Below, in pieces: positions 48,029 to 61,660 of a stretch of DNA of 64,000 nucleotides. The DNA is taken from assembly GCA_044892525.1 (NCBI GenBank), contig CM097885.1, positions 57,970,001 to 58,034,000 of the forward strand, in the 5' to 3' direction. The position numbers and the translations under genes were made by a program. This DNA is from Schmidtea polychroa (Eukaryota). Position 1 is the first letter of the stretch. Every line of letters starts with the position of its first letter. A model generated the notes under the pieces. It saw nothing but the letters and a program-made list of their open reading frames with translations, ran no database searches and was not told the DNA's origin.

Positions 48029-51000
48029 ATGAACTTTTCTTTATTATTCAAATTAGCAAAAATCTCTCGATCATTTTCGACATGTCAAACAGTAAGTAAT
48101 TTATAATTTTGTTTTTGAATGATAATTTTTTAGTTAAATGCAAAAGTTGCAGTTTTAGGAGCAAGTGGTGGAATTGGGCAGCCAATGTCATTACTTCTCA
48201 AAAAGTCATCAGCAGTTGATAGATTAGCTTTGTATGACGTGGCACATGTTAAGGGTGTTGCTGCAGATTTAAGTCACATTGAAACTCCTGCTGTAGTTAC
48301 TGGATATCTGGGTCCAGGAGAATTGCTTGAATGTTTGAAAAATTCTGATGTTGTAGTTATACCAGCAGGAGTTCCTAGAAAACCTGGAATGACACGAGAT
48401 GATTTATTTAATACGAATGCATCAATTGTTGCGGATCTTGTACATGGGTGTGCTCAAGCATGTCCAAAAGCCATGATCTGTATTATCACAAATCCAGTTA
48501 ATAGTACAGTTCCAATTGCTGCGGAAATTTTAAAGAAAGCAGGTTGTTATGACGCTAAAAGGCTTTTTGGGGTAACAACTTTGGATATTGTTAGGTCAAA
48601 TACGTTTATCGCCGAAGCAAAGGTATTTTAAATCATATTTTTATTAAAATTTTTGAAAACAATTATTCTAAAATTAACCAATTTTGTTTATTAGTTTGAA
48701 GCTTGATAATGAATTTTATAAAATTGACCTTTGAAAATATTTATTTAATATTTTGCAGTCTAATGTCTACTTTGTATTATAGAGTTTTAAAGTGTCAAGT
48801 TTAAATAAAATAATTTAACTTTATTCTAAATTTTTAATATTACGACAAATATTTTGTATTATCTCAACGATAAATTGGCTAGATAATATTAATAATCACA
48901 CTTTTAATCGTGGTTGACTTGGGGATCCTTAACATTTGGGAACTTGCATTTATCTAACATAAGTGAAAGTGCAGTGCATTAAATTGCTTTATACTAATGT
49001 TATGTGTATGTATAGTAGTCCCAAAGTTCATTTATAATATATGATGTAATAATTTGTTATTTATAGCTTTTATATCATATAAATCTTGTGGATATTTCGT
49101 TTAATATATTATTCGATTCCTTTAAAAATAAATTAATCAATAATCTGGATTGACCAATGATTGCAGAAAATATTTAGAATGAAATCGCTGATTTTATTGG
49201 ACATTAGTAATAATTATGTCATATAATTCATTTCATAGTAATGGCTTTAGTTTTATTGATTATGAGCAAAGAGTGAATATATTTTGTTATTTTTACAACT
49301 TACAAGTATTTGAGGATTCTTAAATAGGATATTTTCAAACTTTTATCATTTGAAAGAATTTGACAAAAATAACCTATCTAAAGTAAGACTAATAAACAGT
49401 TGAAAAGATAAAGTGATATTCAATGCTTTTCTAATTGCAGACAATTTTTAGCTTTTTGGATATTGTCGGTAATGTATAAGAAATTCGGACCCAATAATTT
49501 TGACCAGGCTCCAGAATCTAACCACTTCGTCATCAGGTCTCATCAAATATCTTAATTTTTGTACCACTTATATCATCCACATTTCATGATACTATTAGAG
49601 TTTGTAAAGGCATTAAATGGCGATAAGTAATTAAATAGAATCTAATGGGTTTTGGGTTTTGGATTATCTTTATTGCCCGGCTTCACACGGGAAATTTGAA
49701 AATCCCACGGTTGACACATCAGCCAGAACGACCTTACACCATGGTAGGAACTTTATTCTGATAGGTCAATGAATAATTGGATTTATCTTTTTAAATGTAT
49801 AGATATTAGAAAAAATGTCTTTAGTTTGAGGATTTGTCATCAAAGATACGTTCTATCTGTCGCGGTTTGGACTGTGCGAACAAGAAAGGTGACAAACACA
49901 TCCACCTACCCACAAACAAGGGTTTTTTTAGTTTAGAAGTCATATTTAGAGTTTTTTAGTTTAGATAAATTAATAAAACTTCTTTTATGGTTATTGTTAC
50001 GGTAATTAGTAAATGTCTATATAAATATTATTATTTGATGGGATAAAGTTTGTACAAATAATAAAATGGAATTTATTTAAATTATTAATCTAGGTAAAGT
50101 GTGGTTATTCTGCAAATTATTGTCTATGGTTTTTTGCTAATTGTAAATGTATTACATTTAAACTACATTTTGAACTAATCACATTGAGATCATTTTTCAA
50201 TAATATCACGCAATTCGGTCACATTTAGATTTATATTTTTGAGTTAAGAATAAATATATAGTGATAATCCGTGTATGATTCAGTATTTATCGAATAAATT
50301 GACATTTGTAATTTATTTTTTGGAAAGAAATTGAGAGCATAGGCGTCCGAATGGGGCCGGGGCAAGTGGGGGCAATCCCCACCCGAATTTCTCAAACCAT
50401 TCTATTTTTCGATTAATTTAAACACATTTTAATAGATGTGCTCAAACAATGTTGGAAAAACCCAAGACAAAAAAAATTAATAAAAAATTTAATTTAAAGA
50501 GGCTTCGTGTTTTTTTAATGTTATTAATTATATCTGGAAATCAATAATTTTAAATCATCTTCTTTGTATAAAAACTTTCAATATTAACTGACGTTCTGGT
50601 TTTAAAAAGTGTTATTTATTTTGTAAATTAATGAAAAAAAAGTCCTATTTTGTATAATGCCCCAATTATTTATTATACACGTGTATTTTATTTCAACTCT
50701 CTTCCTCCTAGAAAAATTGTCTACGTGGTAAAAAATGTTTTTGCCCCCCTTGGAAAAATTCCTGCAGACGCCCATGATAGAGAGCACTTGTTTTCCGTGA
50801 GTGCACCATCGATATATACACACATTCCATATAACTAAATATTATTGTTCCATAAATTCGAAAGCTATATACGAATAAAATTTCATTCTAAATCTTTTCA
50901 GCACTTTCTGCTCAATATAGATTGTTGGTTAAATTATTTGTAAATCACCTAGAACCAGAATTTGAATAATATATTAAACAATTTATTCATATATCAGCCA

Positions 51001-54000
51001 ATGCATTTTATGTTTTGACAAATGTGATTTAAGATACTTCATTTAAAAATCTGTGATTTTCATTGAATTTTAAATAGTGCATTTCGCAATATCTGTACCG
51101 TTTTAAATTGAGAGTTGTTTTCCAAAAAAAAACATTTATCTATAACAGTAATGGCCAACCCAAATCAATCGAAGGGCAAAATTTTCGGAAAAATACTATC
51201 ACGGGCCACAATAAATTCATATAAATAAATATAACTCGTTTTTACGATTCAAGTAAACTTAGAATCAATTTTTTAAATTAAACATGCTTAATTCGAATAT
51301 GAATTCTAAAAAAGACAATTATTGATTTGATGTTTAAAATTGTGTCCGGGCCACATCAAAACGCTTCGCGGGCCACCGGTTGGCCATGGCTGATCTATAT
51401 ATTACTATTTTAAAATTTTTGTGCTTTACGGTAATTTAAAGGTAATTGACTTTTATAAATAATTGAAATAGAAATGTGATTTGATTTAATAAGATTTTAA
51501 ACCTACACTTTAATTAATCAATTGTTGGTGAATAACGGCCTACGCAAATTTTGTGCTCATCATTTGTTTGTCCCGATATCGATATTTTAATAAAAGAATA
51601 ATTACCATAATGACCATCGGTTCCATATGACGGATATATCCATCATCAACTCTAGTGAATGTTAAACAAAATATTATTAAGTAATATTAGAATAAATACG
51701 CGTATTACGGATTAGATAGAGCATAGGTGTCCAAAGCGTCGACCACAGTTTAATTTCGCTGTTTAGGGTTTAACCCGGTTTTAGACTAGTAAATATCGGG
51801 ACCAGGGCCGGCCTTAGGCACAGGCAGTTGCCTATGGCGCCTTAATCTGGGGGTGCCATTTTAACAAAAAAAATTTGTTTCGTGTTTTTCATTTTTTTAA
51901 CCTTTTTTTCAATGTAAGCTGTTGCATTTTCATTAATTTCGAATTAAAAACTATTGCTTATAACTTATAATATTTCTAACAGGCCACTTTTACCTCAACC
52001 AAGATTTTAGATTAACTTTTCATCTTTCTAATAGATAAAATGATTATCATTCAGGACATAAAAATATTCTCATAATAAGTTATATCGACTAAATTTTTAA
52101 AATGTTTCAAATTTAATTACCGTATAAGTCGAGTAAATTTTAAGAGGTTTTTAAGTTCTAAATTGGAAACCCGCGTGTAAGTCGAAGTAAGAAAAATAAA
52201 AATATGGTTTAATGATTTCATTAAAAATTAATTTTTACGTTTTTTGACCCGCGTAGAAGTCGAAGTGGCTATTTTCACTTGAAAATTTGACGTACGGGTA
52301 ATTATGATTTATATTGATGACTTGTACGCGTTTTTATTAAAATGATTTTGCAACAAAATGCAGACAGTATTGAAATGTCATCAGTTGAAAAAACAAAACA
52401 GAAGGTATTGAAATAAGTTAATTATCCTTTAAAATCTATAGTACTTTTAAATTTCAAACAGTTTTCTTAGTCATATTTAATTGCTAAATATTAAAAAATA
52501 ATGTCAAGCCCTATGAAAGGCCAAAAGTTATCAGGTGCTCAATCTCATTAGAAGAAACAACAAACAGAACTTAGTATGAAAAACAAACATGGTGGCTTTC
52601 CAGGTATTTAGAGAAAACCAAAACTACTCCAGCTGTTAATGTTATTGTTCAATCTGGCTAGACATCAACTAGCAATTCAGAAACCGCAATGCTCAATGTT
52701 AATAGTGAAGATGTTGCTCAAAATGAAACGGAAGTAGGCTTTAATGTCACGGAAGATGAACTAATAAGTCCATCTGCCCTTAATTCCGATTTTATATTCT
52801 GCTCGACAGGCGAAATATTTCTCTATTATTCTTGATTGCACTCCCGATCAGAGTCATAAAAAGCAGATGTCTATCACAATACGCTTTGTAGATATTAATG
52901 AATATGTTTCTATACGCGAGCATTTCATCGGTTTTATTGTAGTAGAAGATTCACCATGCCTTTCTGTAAGATTTGCAAAAATTAAATTTTTTGGCAATTA
53001 AAGTGTTTTACGATTTCCCAACTAATTTATATTAACAATTGCTGACTGTACTTATTTAAAAAATTATAATAATAAATAACTTAGTTGGGGTATAACATGG
53101 GTAATGATGTTCTTGGCCCCTATGCGCTAGTTCATCATTCAATTGTAACGTGTCAGGCTTGAGGTAGTATGGGGGTCAGTCTGGTCAGATGACACCAAGA
53201 TGTATGCTTTGCCTATGGCGCCATTTTGGCTAGGACCGGCCCTGTTCAGGTTCTTGCAGTTGATATACGTATACAAGTGTCTTGATTTAACTAAATACAC
53301 CAATCCCTCGCTTAACGAAATTTCGATTTACGTTCAATTTTTTGGGAACGAATTAATTTATATAAATATTTATATAGAGTGCGGCGTTCCTTTTTTACAT
53401 ATAAGATTTACATCGATTACGATGAGACCGTCTAGCAGCTCACTACATACTGCCTTTTTCACTTTCAAATTCACTTGAAAAGGGCAGTGCCGAAAATTCG
53501 TGAGTATCAAAAAATATCGATATATTACTGATTTATGGTCTTCAAGCTCTGTTTTTAATAAATTCAATGGAAAAAATAATCAGTGGTGAAATTGGAAAAA
53601 AAATTTCTTATTATATATATGTATATATATCGGTAATAGGATTGATAAATGATATTTCAGCTATTGGACGTGACAAAAATGTCAGTCCCTGTTATTGGTG
53701 GACATTCTGGAGTCACTATAATTCCGGTAATATCTCAAGCTATTCCTTCTGTTTCTTTCCCTGAGGTATTATGTCTAAAGACTTGAGATTTAATTTGTTG
53801 TTGTCGTTTTTTTTTACCTAGAGTGATATCAGCAAGTTAACAATAAGAATTCAAAATGCCGGAACTGAAGTTGTTGAAGCTAAAGCTGGGGCTGTTAGAT
53901 TACATTTTTCTCTTCGATTTCCAAATTTGATTTTCTTTATAGGGTTCAGCTACTTTGAGCATGGCCTACGCTGGGGTTCGATTCGTCAAGAGGCTCCTGG

Positions 54001-54291
54001 CAGCGATGAAAGGAAATAAAAACATCATTGAATGCGCATATGTAGAATCAAATATCACTGAAGCTAAGTTCTTTGCCAATCCATTATTGCTTGGGGTAAT
54101 ATTATTATTTTCTCTTTCTTTTCCATTCTTTTCCTTATCAACTCTCATTTCAGCCGAGCGGCGTGGAGAAAAATCTTGGGTTACCCGATTTGACAGCGTT
54201 TGAAAAGGAACTGATCAAGAAAGCTATGCCCGAGTTACTAGCCAATATCAAGAACGGAATCGAATTTGCAAATAGTTATAAACCAAAATAA
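48029..54291 (+). CDS. MDH2: Mitochondrial malate dehydrogenase; exons 48029-48091, 48134-48622, 53661-53765, 53822-53893, 53943-54095, 54154-54291 (339 aa)
   Basis: Transit-peptide-like N-terminus, [47 protein letters not shown] and [22 protein letters not shown]. All introns are GT-AG, phase 0. Confidence 0.97.
50338..50776. mobile_element. hAT MITE in MDH2 intron 2
   Basis: TIR CATAGGCGTC / GACGCCCATG and TSD ATTGAGAG/ATAGAGAG (7/8). Confidence 0.8.
51146..51392. mobile_element. hAT MITE, second copy of 7846-8093
   Basis: Near-identical sequence; TSD ATCTATAA/ATCTATAT (7/8). Confidence 0.93.
51803..53244 (+). mobile_element. Non-autonomous hAT derivative in MDH2 intron 2
   Basis: TIR CAGGGCCGGCCTTAG / CTAGGACCGGCCCTG with degenerate ZMYM-like coding scraps. 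Its right end is repeated inverted at 59843-60730. Confidence 0.75.
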
Positions 54292-54439
54292 ACCGACTGA
54301 TATGATATTATTATTATTTGTTTAGTGATTTTATCAGTAAATTTTTGTAACATATAAAAGTTTTTGTTCTTTCTTCGTTATTAATAATCAATATTTTATG
54401 TATGATAAATTGTGAAAAAAATGATTAATTTTAACCAAT

Positions 54440-55480
54440 AAGGATGATGCTTGAAGTGATTATCTTTTCAGATTCAGCCAGTGCCTTATTTAAAATGTCG
54501 TCTATACTATGCTTACTCTTTCGCCGAAGCCTAATCCTAAGTATATATATATTATCTTTGTCTATTATTGGTATTTTTTCGTCATAAATTGATAGTGGTA
54601 TATCACAATGATTTTTTATGGATTTGGAAGTAACCACATTTGCTAGGTCGAAATTTTCATTCGGTCTTATTAGTTACCTTAATTATATGTTCTAATATCA
54701 ATCTTAACGTCTCTTGACTCAGATATTAGAACAATGTCATCAGCATACGCCAATATGCTGACATTGTATTGTTTATATTTTAGTGGAAATTTATGTCCCT
54801 AAGAATAAAGTCAATTGCTAGGCAAAATAGTGTCATGGACATTGGGCATCCCTGCTTAACACCGTTATAAATTTCTATTTCATTTGTAAGTTGCCCTTCA
54901 CAATCGTAATATGTTTTGCATTCGTTGAATAGGTCCTTAAACATATTAAGCGTATTATTATTAATGCCTAGTTCTATTAGTGTTTGCCATATAAGTTGAT
55001 GTGGTACACTTCCAAATGCATCAGCGAGGTCTAACGAGACTATGTTAATGTCACCATTAGTGCGAATTGCTCTTTCTTTAATAAGTGTGAATACTTTATT
55101 ATACTCAGAACACCCATCTGGTATACCTATAGCCTTTTGGTTTATACTAATGAGGCCCTCTATTCTTACCCATTCTAAGAAACGTATGTTAATTATAGCT
55201 GAAAAAATCGTATATGCGGTGTAAAGTATTGCGAGGGGATGCCAGGATGAAACCTCAAAACTGTCCAGTGCTATGAATGCTATATAGGAGCAATTCTATT
55301 AAGCACTGGGAAACGGCGGTGATTAAGCAATCAGTGTTGATAGACATCTTACAATTTTTCAGAAAAAGAAGCTTCTTAAGTTGATGATATTTAAACAAAT
55401 TAAAAGATGAGGAACTTATCGATGTTTTATTTAAATTAATAAATTTAAAAATATATCCTTTTAACACCGGGACTTCTGGA
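54440..55480 (-). mobile_element. R2/NeSL-type non-LTR retrotransposon RT fragment
   Basis: GIPDGCSEY, SLDLADAFGSVPH, GVKQGCPMSMTLF, ILAYADDIV and FRPSKC. Confidence 0.9.
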
Positions 55481-55839
55481 GATGTAATTTAACTTTGATT
55501 ATGTATTTATATACATATATTTACACAGTTAGGATGTAGTAATTAAGTTACAACATATTGATCTTAAATTTAAGAATAATAAGGTTGAGAATAGTACAAT
55601 TATCATGTAATTAAGGTTTATAAGTAGATAACTAGGGAGTATAAATAAATTAGAAGTTTTGGTTACGCATACATATATACTGATATTATAAGGTTAAATT
55701 GGTATTATTATTTGAATATAAGTTAGGGGATCGATAAACAGCTCGAGTATAATTATAATAGTCGTAGAATTCAAATAGATATGAGAGATGCATTGAGTAC
55801 ATAGTATACATATATATAAAAAGATATATAAAAAGATAT

Positions 55840-56125
55840 AATCTTATCCTTTGTAGAGTGTTGTTGGTAGATCCTATAGCTGCTATTTATGGCAGAAGTA
55901 CTATTAAATGGTAGCCAGACTTCTAATCTCAGGATTGGATAGGCCAATGATCCTAAGTATTGGGTCATTCTTTTTATCCCATGAGCCGAGAGTACCGACA
56001 ACGAGGGCATATATTGTTGAAGGGAATTTATGTAAGTGTCCAATTTCATCAGCGAGTTCTTTATATTTCGCATAGTTATTGGTTCTCGCTGTTTTATAGT
56101 TTTCTATTGAGTCATCACATTACAA
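55840..56125 (-). mobile_element. Restriction-like endonuclease C-terminus of an R2/NeSL-type element, followed by probable 3' UTR
   Basis: YKTARTNNYAKYKELADEIG..ALVVGTLGSWDKKNDPILRIIGL, then a frameshift to SAINSSYRIYQQH. Confidence 0.75.
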
Positions 56126-56199
56126 CAGGTTGTGTTAGAATTCAAATGGACCCAATGTTACAAAGCGTGTCTATTGTAGTGTGGCAAATTTAATACTCG

Positions 56200-58455
56200 T
56201 TTTTTGCTATTACACAATTCTTATTACAGTAATAATATTACTAATTAATAACAACTTCATTTTCAATCGGTAAGTTTTAACATTATTTTAATTTCAAACT
56301 TAAATTAATTTCTAAATGAATTTAGGATTAAATATGGATCAGTGGTTGAAAGCTGGTACAATAAACGTACACTAGAAAGTCAAGTCACATCAAAAACACA
56401 AGTACAAATACAAAACACAGAAAATGCGCCGTCTTCAGTTCTGCAGATAGCTAAAAAGAGGAAATACTGCGATGATTATATGAAATATGGATTTTCATAT
56501 ACAAGAGGTGACGACAGCCCTAAATCCAAATGTGTAGTATGTGGTGAAGTGCTATCAAATGGCAGTATGAAACCCTCCTTGCTTTTACGTCATCTCCAAA
56601 CAAAATATGCCAATTATAAAAACAAGGAATATGATTTTTTTAAACGCTTAGCATCTCAAAATTTGAAGATGTCAGATTTGACATCGTACATCCTGCCAGC
56701 TAATAAAAATAACGAAAATGCGACTGAAGTTAGTTACCGCATTAGTTACCGTATTGCTACGTGTGGTAAAAATCATACAATTGCAGAGAATCTAATTCAA
56801 CCATGCATAGAAGACTGTTCGGTGTATGCTTGGAGAAGAACATGTGCAAAAAATAAAAAATATTCCTCTTTCAAACAATACAATATCTCGAAGAATTTTG
56901 GATATGTCTGATAATGTTGAGGCAACAGTGAAATAGTAAGGTTTTCGCTATACAAGTTGATGAAAGCACGGATGTTGCTAATTTTGCTATTTTGCTTGTT
57001 ATTGCGAGGTATTTAAAAGACAATGAAGCCGAAGAAAACCTTTTACTTTGTCATGCTCTGTCAGAACACACAACAGGTGAGGATATTTTCAAAGCTATCG
57101 ATTAGTATTTCCAAAAAAGGCGTAAATTGGTCTAATTGCTGCGGGCTCTGTACCGATGGTGGCAAGTCTATGTCAGGTATTTATTCCGGTCTGCGCGGTC
57201 GACTCTAGAAGATAGCTGCCAAAATAAGTTGGAGGCACTGTTGCATCCACAGGCAAAGTTTGGCATCTAAGCATTTTCCAGTGCAATTGAAGCTTGTTCT
57301 TGACGAAGCTACGAAAGTGGTTAATTTTATAAAGTCAAGTTCAACCAACTCGAGATTTTTTAAAGCATTTTGTGAAAATTTTGATAGTGTTCATTCTACT
57401 TTGCTATATCATACAGAAGTAAGGTGGCTATCTCGAGGCAAGGTCCTTACCCGATTGTTCGAGCTTAGACATGAAGTACAGGCTTTCTTCGAAGAACATC
57501 CTTTTCAACTTGCTTCCAAGTTTCACGACTGTAATTGGCTTCAGACGCTTGCTTATTTATCAGACATTTTCCTTCGTACAAACAATCTAAATTTTATTTA
57601 CTTACAGATAGATCTAAATTTAGCACTTCAAAATAACTCCATATCGATATTCAATGTCTCGGATGAAATTGAATCAATGATTAAAAAAATTAATTTTTGG
57701 AGAACATGTATTGAAAACGGTCAACCGGAGGTATTTGAAACTTTGCACGATTTCCTATCAAAGAATAAACTTTGCCTCTCCAGAGAATTGAGAAACAACC
57801 TATTTGAACACTTAAAAGAGCTAAAATCAAATTTCGAGAAGTATTTTCATAAACCTGATGTAGGAAACAATTGGATTTCAAATCCTTTCAATGACGAATA
57901 CTTTCGAATAGCTAAATTATCAATCACTGAAAAAAATAACTTAATTGAACTTTCAAATGACTCTACTTTGAAAGTCGAATTTAAAGGAAAATGTCTTATT
58001 AAATTTTGGTCACATATCAGCACCGAATATGAATTGCTTTCAACCAAAGCGCTGAACGTTTTGTTACCATTTACAGGTACAGTACAGCTCCAGATTTAAG
58101 ATTATACCTTGCATCAATCGAACCTGACATCACAAGACTATGCATCTCAAAGCAAGCTCAAGGATCTCACTAAATGTAATAAGTTAAGTTAAAAGTAATG
58201 AAAAATTTTAATGTAAAAAATATAATAGTTTATATTCATGTCGTTTTTTATTAAAATATATGTAACTATAATAAATGTTTTACTTTTCATCAATACACAT
58301 TCTGAGCATACTCCTTGACACATTATTGCTATTTATTTAGTGTTAACAAATGCGCGAGTATTAATATTTTAATTTTTTTTCTAATATAAGGGGTACAATT
58401 TAGGATAATGAACTTCCAAGGGGTACTCAAACCAAAATAAGGTTGAGAAGCGCTG
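56200..58455 (+). mobile_element. hAT (Buster/ZBED8/SCAND3-like) transposon, frameshifted
   Basis: KYGF..KCVVCGEVLSNGSMKPSLLLRHL, CTDGGKSM and YHTEVRWLSRGKVLTRLFELR. Right TIR AGGTTGAGAAGCGCTG. Confidence 0.93.
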
Positions 58456-59842
58456 ATGTAGTATTATTTCACTGAGAAAACCAGGACAAATAAAGAAAAC
58501 ATAATTGATAATGAGGATGAATACCAAAGGCTGGTAGACATTCAAAACTTCTATTAGGCAAGATAATCATGGGATACGGTATTATCGACAAGTTGAGAGG
58601 ACAGACGTTAGATTTGCATAACATTATGGGAGTTCGGGAAATGTAGGAAGACGGATTCATGTGTTCATACGTAAAGAATGTTGCGCCACACAAGATCAAT
58701 TTATCGAATATGGTATATCAAGTGATCAAACTCCACAAGAGATGGAATCAGAATAGATAATTAGATAACATTCTCAGACAACCAGAATCTTTCTCAACAA
58801 AACATATGGCTATGATTGTCAAAATTATTTACGGAATTGTCGAAAAACGCTGGGAAGAAATAGCCAAGTGGGATTCTAACACACTGAGAGAGGAAGCCAA
58901 ACAAAAGCAAGTGGCACAAGAAATAGGCACGTATATGTCAAAGGATTTAGAAGAAACAAATGAGCCGAATTATATTCAAACACCTGCCACACAATTGTTA
59001 TTAAAATTTAATTGATACGGCACTCAAAGGACGTTCGAAGATGAACTCAGGAACAGCGAAGAAAACGAGGAGAATCAAATCAACAAAAAAGAAAGTGACG
59101 AAGGAAGTGACAGCGGAAACAAACCCAAGATGAATTAGGACCAGAGCCTAACATTCAATTAGAAGAAGAGACCCATTTCATTCTCGACAAGGAGAGAACA
59201 AGAATCACCGAAAAAGATATATGTCGTCACTTCGAGAGACAAATTGACGATGGTGATATATTCAATCTAGCAGACAAGCAGGTATTTCAGCGAACGATAA
59301 TGATGATAAGAGACTGCAAAATAGAAATAGTTCTCTGTGATAAAAGCAATGACAACATTACCTTAACGGTCCCGGGAGATGTGTTTGATGACATGGTAGA
59401 TGTATAGACACATTTGTCCTAACAAGTGATTATAGGACTGCGCCGAATAAATTTAAGGTAAATATTTATAGCGAGAAAGGCCAATGCAAGCCGACAAGTT
59501 TCACTGACATCTATTAATCCCACAACCCCACTAATTCAATTCAAACAATTAATAATCTGCAAATTTATTGTATTGATCCCGCAACCCAACCAATTCAGTT
59601 CAATCCAACTAGTCTCTCCGACAATTAACAATAGGTTCTTTTTTGATTCTTTTGAACTCTTTTTAGTTATTTTTCTATTAGTATGTATTTTTATAATTAG
59701 TATGTAAATCATAAATCAATAAATTTAAAAAATAAATGGGGAAAATCATTATTATCTTGGCATTAATGATAAGTTAATTAGAATTAATGTTTGCAGTGAT
59801 ATTTACAATGTTAGAATTTACAACACATGGCATATCTACAAT

Positions 59843-60730
59843 CATGGCCGTCCCTAGCCACAAAGGTGGCTTAAGCAAAGCATACATTTTGGCATTCTCT
59901 GACCAGACTGACCCCCATACTACCTCAAGCCTGACACGTTACAATTGAATGATGAACTACCATATAGGGCCCAGAACATTACCCATGTTATACCCCAACT
60001 GAGTTATTTATTATTATAATTGTTTTAACCCTTTACCGGTAGACCCAAGGATACTCGTCAAGCCGAAACCGGATGATAACCGGTTGACCCGAGTATACTC
60101 GGCTAAACGTAAATACGTCGTTCTAGGTCATTTAGAAACATCAAACCATAATAACAATGCACTCTACTTCAACTCTAGCCCTGCTGAGGGCAAGAATGTA
60201 TGGCAGGTCTAAAAAAAATAAAAAATTATACAAAAAACATTTCCATTGAAATCTCAGAAAACGTTTCAAACCTCAGCGTAGCTGTATTACCCCATCGCTA
60301 TAGGCTAAATCACAACAACAATTTTTATGCTGTTCTAGTGTGTCAGATAAATAAAATTGAAGACATTACAAAAAAATTCTTACAAAAGGTTGGAGCAAAA
60401 TACACAAAAACTTGCAAAACAATTGTTCATCTTATTCAGTACCTTGTTATCCACTACTCATTACTTTACAACAATACTAAAAATTGCTTTATTTGTTATT
60501 AATTAGTTAACTGTTATTCGTTATTAGTTGTTCGTTATTGTTGATAAAGATGTTTGAAAAATAATTAAAAGATTAATTTTTTTATAGTCGCAAATAAAGT
60601 CGCCAATTAAGGGTCGATTTCAGAAAAAGAAGTTGACGGTAAAGGGGTTAATAAGTACAGTCAGCACTTGTTAATATAAATTTGCTGGGAAATCGTAAAA
60701 CACTTGTATTACCGAAAAATTTCAATTACC
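59843..60730 (-). mobile_element. Partial inverted copy of the 51803-53244 hAT derivative, interrupted by a piggyBac MITE
   Basis: Reverse-complement match to ~52970-53244 on both sides of the MITE. Confidence 0.85.
60029..60647. mobile_element. piggyBac-type MITE, ~619 bp
   Basis: TTAA|CCCTTTACCG ... CGGTAAAGGGG|TTAA. The homologous empty site lies at ~53050. Confidence 0.88.
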
Positions 60731-60899
60731 GAGAAAAGCTAATTTTATTACAATTTTTTTATGAAATGTTTCATCTATTCGAGTCTCTTGAACAGCAGTC
60801 GAGGAAATAGGGTAAATTACCCCAAACGAGTAACAATGAAGCTATGAGGGGATAATAAAGAAATTTTTCAAATTCACCAGGAATTCAAGATCGTAAAAG

Positions 60900-61440
60900 A
60901 TTTTTACCAAATATTTAGTCGACATTTTTGAGTATATAAATGCGTTGAACAAAGAATTGTAAGGAAAAATATAAATGTCATTTCAGCGAGAGAAAAGATG
61001 TCAGCATTTGAGTAAAAGCTTCTGTAATAAGCTTCTTTTTCAAGTTAGCTTTGTTTTTGGAAGATTGTGAAAACATTATTTTTCATGACATTAAGGATAG
61101 AGTTACCGGGTATATAAACAGACTCAGAAGACGGTTCTCTCATTACTTTCCATATTTACACCTGTATGTTGTCAGTTGGATTGTTGATCCTTTCAAGTGT
61201 GAAGTATTTAACATACCAGAATAGCTAGCCTAACGGCTTGGTAGAAGGACTTCTTGAGCTCCGATGTAATTATGAAGCTCGCATACAATTCGGGAACAAA
61301 ATGGATCTGTCGTTCTTTGGGATGTCAGAATCTGCAAAAGGTTTTAAAATTGCGCAGATGAGGCCATAAAAAGATGCTGTTATTAAAACGAACAGAAATC
61401 ATCATGTCAAAAAGTCTTATTTTGAAGTCATTTTAGCAAA
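60900..61440 (+). mobile_element. Decayed hAT transposase C-terminal remnant
   Basis: NVISAREKMSAF..KL, VDPF, EGLLELRCN..ARIQF and FW pattern typical of GTF2IRD2/ZBED8-like C-termini. Confidence 0.55.
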
Positions 61441-61660
61441 AGCGAAACAACATCATTTGAATTAAGTTAATATTTACAGTTTTTATTTACTGACAGATAG
61501 ATAGTTTTTATAAAAATTCCAATTAATTCAATGAATAATAACTAATATACCTAGGTAATTTTGGCTTTCAGAATGTTGAGGTAATAGCGACCTACACAAA
61601 AATATTTCGGGGTAATGCCTAAAAGCTTTCCCCGACCGCTACCTAGAAGTATGTTATTAC

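Noticed and set aside
55483-56128. Possible solo LTR (TGT...ACA with TATA)
   Set aside because: No TSD; better explained as the RLE C-terminus and 3' UTR of the non-LTR element on minus.
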